Shown: positions 36,306-45,387, counted from the stretch's first letter. The stretch: DNA of 52,695 nucleotides from Candidatus Omnitrophota bacterium (GCA_041651115.1 JBAZJY010000003.1:139829-192523); one strand, 5' to 3'. Notes: generated by a model from the sequence alone, not told the origin. Numbers and translations are program-made.

Positions 36306-37436
36306 TCAGACTCCTATTACCTGACAAACAAAAGTGATCACCGCGGTAGCGATGACGATCGCGGTTATTGCCGTGACTACTGCCGAAGTTGTGGCCTCCC
36401 CTACTCCCGCGGAGCTTCTTTCGCAGCGCATGCCCCGGTAGCATCCGGCAATAGCAATGATGATGCCGAAGACAAAGCCGTGGATCAAACCGATCCAAAG
36501 ATTGCTCAACTTTACTGCTGACATGGTATGACTAAAATATTCAACCGGATTGATCCCCAGTATCCCGGTGCTGATAACAAAACCGCCGGCTATGCCCATC
36601 AGGTCAGCGTAAAGAGTTAAAAGCGGCAGCATGATCACCAGCGCCAATACGCGCGGCATAACCAAAAATTCAGTAGGAGAAACGCCCAGCGTTCTTAACG
36701 CGTCAATTTCTTCGTTGGCCTGCATGATTCCCAGCTCCGCGGCAAAACTGGCGCCGGTGCGGCCGGACATCAGGACTGCAGTCATCACCGCCCCCATTAC
36801 CCGCACCATGGCAATCCCTACGATATCGGCAATATAAATCTGCGCCCCGAACATCTTTAACTGGATTGCGCCGATAAAAGCCAGGATCACCCCCACCAAT
36901 ATGCTGATCAGCGAAACCAGACCCAGGGCATCCGCTCCGCATCTTTGCACGATAGCAAAAAAATCATCTTTGCGGAAAAAGGCCTTGCCGCGGATAAGGC
37001 GCGCCAAGGCAGATACGATATCGCCTAAAAAATCCAGCACGGAAAGCGCGGCATCTTTAGCCTGGATAACTTTGCTGCCTACGCTATCGAGAAATGGTTC
37101 TTCGCCTGCCTTGCGGGGCGTTATTTTTTCAGCCTGCGCAGAAGGATTAAATTTAAGCAGCTTTTCTATCTGCGGCGGAAAGGCCTGCATGGTAATCCGA
37201 ATATTCTTTTGTTTGGCAATACTGCTTAATTTAAGTAAAAAGGAAATAAACGCGCTGTCCCATTTAAAATCCCGGGACACGCTAAAGCTGATCTCCGTAA
37301 TATCCGGATGAGGATCGAGTTGGGCAAGGACTGTATCTACCGCAGGAAGGCCGACGGAAAGCTGCCAGTCTCCGCTTAGCTTAAGCTGCAGGACCCCCGG
37401 TTTTGAAAAATCAAAGGCAAGTTTTTCTAAAGACAT
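36306..37436 (-). CDS. MlaE-family permease with an N-terminal STAS-like domain
   Basis: 376 aa. The C-terminal ~260 aa form an MlaE-type permease. The N-terminal ~115 aa follow a STAS-like pattern (LKLSGDWQL .. KWDSAFISFLLKL .. IRITMQAFPPQIEKLLKF). Confidence 0.8.
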   Translation of the reverse strand: MSLEKLAFDFSKPGVLQLKLSGDWQLSVGLPAVDTVLAQLDPHPDITEISFSVSRDFKWDSAFISFLLKLSSIAKQKNIRITMQAFPPQIEKLLKFNPSAQAEKITPRKAGEEPFLDSVGSKVIQAKDAALSVLDFLGDIVSALARLIRGKAFFRKDDFFAIVQRCGADALGLVSLISILVGVILAFIGAIQLKMFGAQIYIADIVGIAMVRVMGAVMTAVLMSGRTGASFAAELGIMQANEEIDALRTLGVSPTEFLVMPRVLALVIMLPLLTLYADLMGIAGGFVISTGILGINPVEYFSHTMSAVKLSNLWIGLIHGFVFGIIIAIAGCYRGMRCERSSAGVGEATTSAVVTAITAIVIATAVITFVCQVIGV

Positions 37437-37493
37437 CTTTACTTAGAATTTCTCCCAAAAGAAAAAATTACGGGGAACCTACGATAAGCCTCT

Positions 37494-38162
37494 TTATCCC
37501 GCGATGCTTCTATGTATAAAATAATGTTCCCAGGGAGCTAATCTATTATAAGGATTTTTGGTTATGATATACCCGTTTCTTGTCAATAGGTCAACGCACT
37601 CCCCGCCTTCTATCGTGATCGCTAAAAAGACGTATTTATCAAAAGGAAAATCTTTTAAAATAACAAACTCGCTTCCTTCTGTGTCCAGGGCCAGATAATC
37701 AATAACTTTAGGCGCATTATATTTTTCCAATAGCTCGCGTAAGGTTATTGCGCTTTTCCGCTTTAATGTGCCGGACTTCCAAAGCTGTTTTTTGGTTTCG
37801 TTGAGGTACCGGGCTATTCCGCCGAAGCCCCAAAGATTTCCGCCTACCTCCATAAAGTCTACGGTTTCGTTCTTTTCAGAAAGGACTAAATCAGAACAAA
37901 CACATTTTCTATTCTTTTTCAGCCGAAAAAACAGGTTTTCATTCGGTTCAACGCAAATGCCGGTCCAGTTAAATTTTTTTTCCAGGAGAAAGGTATGGCT
38001 CCAATTCTTTCCGTTTCCAGCCCCCGCCTCTATAAAATACCCGTTTCTTTTACCTTTAAATATATCTTTAATGACCCACTTATCATTATTTGGATTATCA
38101 ATATGAAGGGAAGTTCGCACAAATTTCGAAATTGAGTTATATATCTTCGCTCCGGATCTCAT
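37494..38162 (-). CDS. FkbM-family methyltransferase
   Basis: 222 aa. SAM motif YFIEAGAGNG and YLALDTEGSEFVILK. By eye the gene has lower GC than its neighbours. Confidence 0.75.
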   Translation of the reverse strand: MRSGAKIYNSISKFVRTSLHIDNPNNDKWVIKDIFKGKRNGYFIEAGAGNGKNWSHTFLLEKKFNWTGICVEPNENLFFRLKKNRKCVCSDLVLSEKNETVDFMEVGGNLWGFGGIARYLNETKKQLWKSGTLKRKSAITLRELLEKYNAPKVIDYLALDTEGSEFVILKDFPFDKYVFLAITIEGGECVDLLTRNGYIITKNPYNRLAPWEHYFIHRSIAG

Positions 38163-38177
38163 AGGTCAATTATGGGC

Positions 38178-39563
38178 TTAATGTATTAAAAAGATCAGTG
38201 AAAAATAGGCGACTGTCGTCGTAATTACGCCCATAATCAGGCCAATCTTCAGCCAGGGATAAAAACCTATCCTTACCCCGCGGCTTTTTTCTAAAATGTC
38301 CATGGCGACGATATTGGCGGTAGAACCGATAATGGTGATATTGCCGCCGTAGCAAGCGCCGAACAATATCGCCCACCAGAGAGGCTTTATGTGCATATCC
38401 AAACCGCCCAGGCTTTGAACAATCGGAATATAGGTCGCCACTACCACCGTATTGTCAAGCACCCCTGAAAGGAACGAACTGGAGTAAATGAGCACGGCTG
38501 ATAATAAATTTGCCGGGTTGCCGAACTTTCCTATTAAACCGCGCGCAATTACATCCGAAACTCCGCTGTATTTTACTACCCCCGCCAGCGCGAAAAGGAA
38601 TAAGAAGAATAAGACCGACGTCCACTCCACTTCCCGCTCAACATAATGCCGCATCCTGTCGCGGCGATAGAGCATGGCTATCCCCGCAAATACTATCGGC
38701 GTTACCATAAGGATACTGTTCTCTTCTATATTAAAAAAAGTCTCGATCCGGTGATGGAAGAAGATAGTTACAAGCATGGCAAAAAATATGCCTATGCTGA
38801 TCCTGGTCTTTCTATCCGTAGATATTGTTATCAGCGAAATAAAAAAGTAATTTTCACTTAACGGTATAAGCTTTTCAGTCATTCTTCTTATGACCTTCCT
38901 GTACCACAGCAAGAGCATTGCCAGGGTCACGATAAAAACAATGCCTGTAACCGGGAAGGCATTCCGCATAAAGTCCTCAAATGTGAGGTTCGCGCGCGCA
39001 GCGATTAAAATACCGACGGGATTGCCAAGCAGGGTACTCGAAGAGCCGATATTAGTGGCAAAAACGGAGGCCATGATCAAGGGCACGGGATCAATGTCCA
39101 TAAGATCGCAAATATCGAGTATTATCTTTGACATTACAATGATTGAGGCGACCTCGCCCATCAGGCCGGATAATATCCCCGACAGGAGCATGATCAGCGC
39201 GAAAAGCTTTCCTCCGGTGATCTTCTTTATTCTTATGAGGCGGGTAATGATCCAATAGAAAAAACCCGCATCATTGAGCATGCCGACAAGGATCATCATG
39301 CCGATCAAAAATAAGATAACATCCAGAGAGGCGAATTTTATAAGGTTTTCAAGGTCTATTGAGCGCGTAAGAAGCATGGCCCCTGCTCCCAAAAAGACGA
39401 AACTAAGGCGCAGTTCCCAGTAAAGCAGCACGCCCATGATTGAAACGCAAAAGATAGAGGCGGCGATCAACTGGGGCTGCGATAGCCCCAGCTTTGCGCC
39501 ACCTGCGGCAACGCACAATGCCGCTCCTATAATAACGAGTATTTTCTTCATTCCTGTTTTCAT
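38178..39563 (-). CDS. ArsB/NhaD-superfamily (CitMHS/SLC13-like) permease
   Basis: 461 aa, multi-TM with an internal duplication. Contains NIGSSSTLLGNPV and GGNITIIGSTANIV hairpin-type motifs. Confidence 0.7.
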   Translation of the reverse strand: MKTGMKKILVIIGAALCVAAGGAKLGLSQPQLIAASIFCVSIMGVLLYWELRLSFVFLGAGAMLLTRSIDLENLIKFASLDVILFLIGMMILVGMLNDAGFFYWIITRLIRIKKITGGKLFALIMLLSGILSGLMGEVASIIVMSKIILDICDLMDIDPVPLIMASVFATNIGSSSTLLGNPVGILIAARANLTFEDFMRNAFPVTGIVFIVTLAMLLLWYRKVIRRMTEKLIPLSENYFFISLITISTDRKTRISIGIFFAMLVTIFFHHRIETFFNIEENSILMVTPIVFAGIAMLYRRDRMRHYVEREVEWTSVLFFLFLFALAGVVKYSGVSDVIARGLIGKFGNPANLLSAVLIYSSSFLSGVLDNTVVVATYIPIVQSLGGLDMHIKPLWWAILFGACYGGNITIIGSTANIVAMDILEKSRGVRIGFYPWLKIGLIMGVITTTVAYFSLIFLIH

Positions 39564-39808
39564 TATTCCCAGCGGAAATGCAGATAGATCCTTCCCCAGC
39601 CCTTGCCTGTTTTCTCAAGGCGGGAATAAAGCTTGCGGATCTCTTTTTTATTTAGAAAATGCAAGATATGCCTCTTGACATTATCGCCGGCTTGCCCGTA
39701 GGCGATCTCAACGAGCTTGGCGCGGTTATATACGGCTTTTTGGATGATCTCCATAAGCCTTTCGTCCATGTCCGGCATTACCGGATATACATTTAATTTT
39801 AGCTTCAT
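39563..39808 (-). CDS. Small protein with a degenerate Smr-like pattern (tentative)
   Basis: 81 aa. VEIAYGQAGDNVKRHILHFL and GKGWGRIYLHF line up with Smr V.IIHGKG.G.L+..V...L and GG.G...V.L. The catalytic DLHG/HGKG residues are not conserved. Confidence 0.35.
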   Translation of the reverse strand: MKLKLNVYPVMPDMDERLMEIIQKAVYNRAKLVEIAYGQAGDNVKRHILHFLNKKEIRKLYSRLEKTGKGWGRIYLHFRWE

Positions 39809-40519
39809 TTATAATTTAGCCCCGGAAAGGAGCTCTCTTGCCCCGTTCTTGTCCTGGATGTATACCTCAGGAATAAATTCCATTGAGTTAGGGATAAGAT
39901 CGGCCATGACTTTTGTAAGCCGCGCCTGTTGCGTTTCATTCTGCGGGTCAAATATAGGATTCTGGCTAAGATCATTCAACAAAAGGATCACCGGATCGCG
40001 CGGAAACATAAAATCCTTTAAAAGCCGCTTTATGAGAATGTCCAGGTAATCCGCTTTGTCCTTGAATACGTCCACGGCGGTTTTAAAAGTGATCTTCCCC
40101 CAGTCTTCGGCAACCGTCTTATGGATGAGCGCGTAAACAGAAAAATACTTGATCATCGTAATTTCCTCGGGGGTTAATTTAGCGGCGGTATTGATAATGA
40201 CGGTAGTAAGCTCCGCGTGCTTGAATGTTTTGATCTCTTTGTGTATGTCGATCGTCAAAAGATCAAAAATATACACGCCGTGCACGCCGGATACGGCGTT
40301 GATCGTGCTGCGCTTGACAAAATCCTCTACCGCATCCCAAAGGACCTTTTCGTCATTGCGGATAAAATTCAATGATAAAATAGTGCAGGCTTGGCCTTCG
40401 CGGACAGCCTTATACCGGCGGACTTTTTCCTCATTATGCCCGGCATAGGAAATTTCGTCAAAAAGCGGCATATGCCGGAAAAGGTTTGATTTTTGAAATC
40501 CGAAATCGACAAGATTCAT
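39809..40519 (-). CDS. Hypothetical protein, no recognisable domain
   Basis: 236-aa soluble ORF. ATGA overlap with the upstream response regulator and 0-nt spacing to the downstream Smr-like ORF. Confidence 0.6.
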   Translation of the reverse strand: MNLVDFGFQKSNLFRHMPLFDEISYAGHNEEKVRRYKAVREGQACTILSLNFIRNDEKVLWDAVEDFVKRSTINAVSGVHGVYIFDLLTIDIHKEIKTFKHAELTTVIINTAAKLTPEEITMIKYFSVYALIHKTVAEDWGKITFKTAVDVFKDKADYLDILIKRLLKDFMFPRDPVILLLNDLSQNPIFDPQNETQQARLTKVMADLIPNSMEFIPEVYIQDKNGARELLSGAKL

Positions 40520-40986
40520 ACAGTAGCAGCCCCTCCCTGTGACCCGCCCTGCCTATCGGGCTGCTGCGGATCCGGTTTCTTAAAATATAACTTGCTGGGG
40601 AGGCTATCATTCTTTGCTTTAGCTAACATGTCCTCTATTTTCCCCAATAGTTCTTTTTTGTCAATCGGTTTAACAATATAATCATCGGCGCCTCTTTCCA
40701 GGGATTGGACGATATCGCTTTCTTTATCCTTGGCAGTAACCATGACCACGGGCAGGCCGGAATTTTGAGGGTCTTTTCTCAATAATTCGCATACCTGAAA
40801 ACCGTCTAGCTCCGGCATCATAATATCCAATAATAATAAATCCGGCCGCTCCTTACCGATCATTTCTATGGCCTGTTTTCCGTTATAGGCCTTCAATACC
40901 TCAAAGCCTGCTGCCTGTAAGATCGCCTCCAGAAGCTCAACGTTCTTTTCGTTATCATCAATAACCAGAATTTTTGCTTTTCCCAT
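40516..40986 (-). CDS. Response regulator, REC domain plus a short Gly/Gln/Pro tail
   Basis: 156 aa. ILVIDDNE, acceptor LLLLDIMMPELDG, and KP motif. Confidence 0.9.
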   Translation of the reverse strand: MGKAKILVIDDNEKNVELLEAILQAAGFEVLKAYNGKQAIEMIGKERPDLLLLDIMMPELDGFQVCELLRKDPQNSGLPVVMVTAKDKESDIVQSLERGADDYIVKPIDKKELLGKIEDMLAKAKNDSLPSKLYFKKPDPQQPDRQGGSQGGAATV

Positions 40987-41017
40987 TTTCAGCTCTGTTT
41001 CTGTTATGAATAACGGC

Positions 41018-41389
41018 TCAGGCCGGACCGATATATTTTTCCACCAAAACAGGAAATTGCCTGGTATCTATTGGTTTCGCGATATAATCGTCTACGCCTA
41101 AGGCAATGATTTTTTCCTTATCGCCTTTCATGGCAAGGCTGGTTACGACAATTATTTTAATATCTTTGGTTAAAGGGTCATCTTTAAGCATTTTTACCGC
41201 AGTAAATCCGTCTATTCCCGGCATCTGCATATCTAAAAGGATCAGGTCCGGCTTAAACTCACGCGCCATACCTACACCCTTTTCTCCGTCCTCTGCCTGA
41301 AAAATTTCATAGCCGCGGTATTGCAGGATATCCGACATCAATAGCCGGTTCTGCTCGTTGTCATCAACAACAAGTATTTTTTTAGCCAT
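41018..41389 (-). CDS. Response regulator, REC domain only
   Basis: Starts MAKKILVVDDNEQ from the ATG at 41389, with GGGAGA upstream. Acceptor LILLDMQMPGIDG. The track extension to 41458 overlaps the kinase gene. Confidence 0.9.
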   Translation of the reverse strand: MAKKILVVDDNEQNRLLMSDILQYRGYEIFQAEDGEKGVGMAREFKPDLILLDMQMPGIDGFTAVKMLKDDPLTKDIKIIVVTSLAMKGDKEKIIALGVDDYIAKPIDTRQFPVLVEKYIGPA

Positions 41390-41405
41390 CCCTGTCTCCC
41401 ATGCG

Positions 41406-43115
41406 CTATGATTTAACGGGTATCGCGAATATAAATTTGGAGCCCTTGCCAAATTCACTCTCTACCCAGATTTTTCCTCCGTGCAGCTCAACCAGTTTTT
41501 TAGTCAAGGCAAGGCCTAAACCCGTACCTTCAACGGTCTTAGAATAGGCGGATTCAATCTGGCTAAAGGTCTGAAAAAGTTTTGAAAGATCTGCGGGTTT
41601 TATCCCGATGCCGGTGTCTTTTACGGAGATCTCTATAAAATCCGCTGTCTGCGTACCGCCGGAGCGCCTTGCGCTTACTTTAACACTGCCGCCGCCGGGA
41701 GTGAACTTTACGGCATTAGTTAAAAGATTAAATATTATCTGCTTAAGTTTTTTTGGATCAGCTACGATGTCAATATCTGCCTGGGGTTCGACATTTAAAG
41801 ACAGGCACACATTATGTTTGCGGGCCTTCTCCTGAAGTAATACAAGCGATGGCTCAAGGACGTCTTTTTTTAAAGATAGATTTTCCGGCTCAAGCTCCAT
41901 TTTCCCGGCTTCTACTTTAGAAAGGTCCAATATATCATTGATCAGGCTCAAGAGGTGCCTGCCGCTGGTATTGATGTTGTCTACGTATTTTTTCTGTTTT
42001 TCATTTAACGGGCCGAAATATTGATCCTGCAGGACCTCGGCAAAACCAATGACGGCATTAAGGGGCGTCCTTAATTCATGCGACATATTAGCCAAAAATT
42101 CGGATTTTGCGCGGTTGGCGGAATCTGCCTGGAGTTTTGCGTTTTCAAGCTCGCGCTTTTGTTCAAAGAACCGGCTGATTATACGGATAATATCGCCGAA
42201 TTCGCTTTGATTTTTTTGCAGCGCGGCCGCGCATTCGGTATTTTCGTTTTTTAAAGCGCCGGATATTAATTGAAGCGGGGTCTTGACCCACCTGGTCAGT
42301 AAAACCATGAAAATAACTAAAAATATCCCTAAAAACGCCGTCATTATAAAGAAAAAGTTTTTATAGCCACGGTTAAAATCCTTAATGAGCAGGGATTCCT
42401 TCCACCCGGTTATTTCAAATGCCGGGTTTGCATCCCAACCCATGAGAATCAAGCTAAAAGTGCTTGTTCCCGTTTCCGGGTTTGAGGCAACGGGGGCTGT
42501 TTTCTTGCCCGGAAGCGCAGTTACGGCTATATTGCATCCGCACAATTTGGCAATTTCATCAATATAAGCCTTATCCCAGAGGCGGCCGGCCAGAAAATAG
42601 CCTTGCGCGGGGGTCTGCCTTTGTGTATCTTTGGTCGGATGAATGCTGGCGCCGCGGATTTCAAAAATACCCTTTGGGGTATTGATATAAAAATGACGGA
42701 AAGGCCCGTTAGCGAAAAGGCCGCCTATCCCGCCGGGAAAAGATAATTCTTTGAGGCTTGGGTCTTTAAGGTCATCTACGGCATAAATAAGAGAACCGTC
42801 CGGCCCGTATATCCATATCGCGTTCGCGTCGTAACTGGATAATGCGGTATTGATATTTTCCGCAGCCCATGCCTTATCGCCGCTGGATACAAAATTGGAC
42901 ATCTCATCCCAATAAGTATAATCGTAGGCTAAGGTCTCCAGTGTTTTGCCCTTAAGTTCAATTATTTTCTCAAAAGTCACCCGCATCTGCTTCTCTTCAT
43001 TGGAGAATAATGTAACCAGCCTTTGCTTCTCAAACGCCCTATGCAGGAGAATAAAAGAAGTAAATGCAATGACAATTGAAAAAAGTAAAAATATTATTTT
43101 TGTCTGCACCCTCAT
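41406..43115 (-). CDS. CHASE4-type sensor histidine kinase
   Basis: 569 aa. TM helix, then a periplasmic YDYTYWDEM region, then a second TM. H-box SHELRTPLN, G1 DTGIGI, G2 GTGLGL. Confidence 0.85.
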   Translation of the reverse strand: MRVQTKIIFLLFSIVIAFTSFILLHRAFEKQRLVTLFSNEEKQMRVTFEKIIELKGKTLETLAYDYTYWDEMSNFVSSGDKAWAAENINTALSSYDANAIWIYGPDGSLIYAVDDLKDPSLKELSFPGGIGGLFANGPFRHFYINTPKGIFEIRGASIHPTKDTQRQTPAQGYFLAGRLWDKAYIDEIAKLCGCNIAVTALPGKKTAPVASNPETGTSTFSLILMGWDANPAFEITGWKESLLIKDFNRGYKNFFFIMTAFLGIFLVIFMVLLTRWVKTPLQLISGALKNENTECAAALQKNQSEFGDIIRIISRFFEQKRELENAKLQADSANRAKSEFLANMSHELRTPLNAVIGFAEVLQDQYFGPLNEKQKKYVDNINTSGRHLLSLINDILDLSKVEAGKMELEPENLSLKKDVLEPSLVLLQEKARKHNVCLSLNVEPQADIDIVADPKKLKQIIFNLLTNAVKFTPGGGSVKVSARRSGGTQTADFIEISVKDTGIGIKPADLSKLFQTFSQIESAYSKTVEGTGLGLALTKKLVELHGGKIWVESEFGKGSKFIFAIPVKS

Positions 43116-43138
43116 GTTTTTCCTATCGCATTCTCGCG

Positions 43139-43516
43139 CTATTTACCGCCGGTAGACAGGACTTCTTTTATTCTTTGAACGAGTTCTGTCCGGTTAGACG
43201 ACTTGGAGATAATGAACCTGCCGGAAATTCTTCCGTGTTGCGCCTTAACTTCTTCTTCGGTGATTATACTGGTGAGATATATTACCGGTATGTCCCTGGT
43301 CTTATTATTTTCCAATAACTCATTGGACACCCTGTCGCCTTTTTCCCCGGGCATCATTACATCAAGAAGTATCAAATCGGGGGCATTCTTAACGGCGAGC
43401 TCCAGGCCGTCTTCGCCGTTTCCGGCGGTTAAAACATCAAACCCCTCGCTCTCAAGAATATCCTGATAGAGCGAACGCATTTTTTCATCATCATCCACGA
43501 TTAAGATTTTAGCCAT
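43139..43516 (-). CDS. Response regulator, REC domain only
   Basis: 125 aa. ILIVDDDE and acceptor LILLDVMMPGEKG. Confidence 0.9.
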   Translation of the reverse strand: MAKILIVDDDEKMRSLYQDILESEGFDVLTAGNGEDGLELAVKNAPDLILLDVMMPGEKGDRVSNELLENNKTRDIPVIYLTSIITEEEVKAQHGRISGRFIISKSSNRTELVQRIKEVLSTGGK

Positions 43517-43518
43517 AG

Positions 43519-44598
43519 CTAATATCCTCCTTTTTCATTGTCTATTTTGATTACCAGTTCAAGAGCCTTGGGATCGTTAGCATTATGCATCGCTTCTTCC
43601 GCGGAAATCACCCCTTCCTGAAGAAGGCTCTTTAAAGATTGCTCCATCTCCTGCATCCCCTCTTTACGCCCGGTCTGAATGGCGGAATATATCTGGTGTG
43701 TGTTCCCCTCTTTGATCAAATGCTTTATCGCAGAATTCACTACCATTATCTCAAAGGCAGCGACCCGGCCGGAGCCGTCCTTCTTGCGCAGCAATTTCTG
43801 GGCAATGACTGCCTTTAAGCTAGACGCTAATTGAGTGCGGATCTGGGGCTGTTGATGGGGCGGGAAAACATCGATCATCCTGTCCACTGTTTGCGCCGCA
43901 TCGTTTGTATGCAAAGTGGCAAATACCAAGTGCCCGGTTTCGGCGGCAGTAATGGCATTAGAAATGGTATCAAGGTCGCGTATCTCGCCGACCAGGATAA
44001 CGTCAGGGTCCTCTCTTAACGTATCCCTTAAGGCAGTAGCAAAGGAATCGGTATCTATACCTACCTCCCTTTGGTTGATTTCGCAGAGCTTGTTTTGGTG
44101 AATAAATTCCAAGGGGGCCTCGATAGTTATAATGTGGCCTTTGAGATTACTATTTATATACTCTATTATTGCCGCTAAGGTGGTTGACTTTCCGCTGCCG
44201 GTCGGGCCGGTAACTAAAATCAACCCGTTTGGTTTTATTGCCAACTCTTTAATGACCGGCGGCAAGGCCAGTTCTTCTATAGTGGGGATCTTAAAAGGAA
44301 TGCACCGCATCACCGCGCCTACGCACCCCCGCTGTTGATAGGCATTTACCCTGAAACGGGCTATCCCCGGTACGGAATAGGAAAAATCAAGACGGTGACA
44401 CCGGTTAAATTCTTCTTTCTGCTCCTTCGTCATAATAGAATCCATGTATTTTTCTATATCCTTAGAGGACAAAGGGCCAAGGTCGGAAAATGACAATTCG
44501 CCGTTGACGCGAAAAATAGGCGGGCTGCCGGCCTGAAAATGAAGGTCGGAAGATTTTTTGATTACCAGGGTGCGTAACAAAATATCGATATTCGTCAT
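43519..44598 (-). CDS. pilT: Type IV pilus retraction ATPase PilT
   Basis: 359 aa. SDLHF..GSPP, Walker A GPTGSGKST, GEIRD, and ATLHT His-box. Confidence 0.9.
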   Translation of the reverse strand: MTNIDILLRTLVIKKSSDLHFQAGSPPIFRVNGELSFSDLGPLSSKDIEKYMDSIMTKEQKEEFNRCHRLDFSYSVPGIARFRVNAYQQRGCVGAVMRCIPFKIPTIEELALPPVIKELAIKPNGLILVTGPTGSGKSTTLAAIIEYINSNLKGHIITIEAPLEFIHQNKLCEINQREVGIDTDSFATALRDTLREDPDVILVGEIRDLDTISNAITAAETGHLVFATLHTNDAAQTVDRMIDVFPPHQQPQIRTQLASSLKAVIAQKLLRKKDGSGRVAAFEIMVVNSAIKHLIKEGNTHQIYSAIQTGRKEGMQEMEQSLKSLLQEGVISAEEAMHNANDPKALELVIKIDNEKGGY

Positions 44599-44658
44599 AT
44601 TTTTTCTCCTTAGTAAAAAGTGCTTCCTGCGCCCCCCCTGCCCGTTATTAATAATTTT

Positions 44659-45387
44659 TCAGGTTCTAAGATACTTCCGCGAAAGAGCAACGATGAAGAT
44701 GGACATAAGAAACACGCCTAAGAAGGCCTCGGTTACCGCGAAAAATTGGTTTAAACCCACGGGGGTGATATCTCCGTAACCCACAGTAGTAAAAGTAACA
44801 AAACTAAAATAAAGCGATTGTAAAAAACCGGGCTTAAAAATAACGTCGCCCCGGGACAGCTCTCCCCGGCTATACAATAAAGCCGAAATAAAGATCAGCG
44901 AAAGCGCGGAAAGAAATCCGCGGCCCGGCCTTTCCCCATGCCCCCAGATCCACGAAGAAAACAACAGGAAAAGCCAAAGTAAAGGCCTCTTGCTTTTTTT
45001 AGGGTCGATAAAACTGCGGGCGAGTGATTTTCTCAGGCATTCCCTTGAGAGGAAAAAACATTCGGAAAAACCGGAGAATTCCAGGTCTCTTTCATAATTT
45101 ATCGCTGCCTGCCGGTACATCAAAGATGCGTATTCCCAATCGCCTGCCATTACCGCTTCCCTTGCCGCTTCCTCGTATGCCTTCGATGAATTATCAAAGG
45201 CCATTTCACCTGATTTTAAAGCCCAGCAGCTGGCAGCTGAAGCTAAACACAAAGCAGCCTGTTTATGGTCGCCTTTTTCTCTATAAAGGTCTCCCGCCTT
45301 CCTGAACAGAACATATGCCTCGCATATCTTGTCCTGCGCAAGAAGTGCGTGCGCCTCTTTTTCCAGTGATCCCGGTTGATTCCCCAT
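44659..45387 (-). CDS. Two-TM potassium-channel pore protein with an N-terminal TPR-like soluble domain
   Basis: 242 aa. Selectivity filter TTVGYGD between two hydrophobic helices. The N-terminal ~110 aa are helical-repeat-like. Confidence 0.75.
   Translation of the reverse strand: MGNQPGSLEKEAHALLAQDKICEAYVLFRKAGDLYREKGDHKQAALCLASAASCWALKSGEMAFDNSSKAYEEAAREAVMAGDWEYASLMYRQAAINYERDLEFSGFSECFFLSRECLRKSLARSFIDPKKSKRPLLWLFLLFSSWIWGHGERPGRGFLSALSLIFISALLYSRGELSRGDVIFKPGFLQSLYFSFVTFTTVGYGDITPVGLNQFFAVTEAFLGVFLMSIFIVALSRKYLRT

Noticed and set aside
41390-41458. 5' extension of the response-regulator ORF.
   Set aside because: It overlaps the 3' end of the CHASE4 kinase gene. The ATG at 41389 gives the canonical MAKKILVVDD start with an upstream SD.
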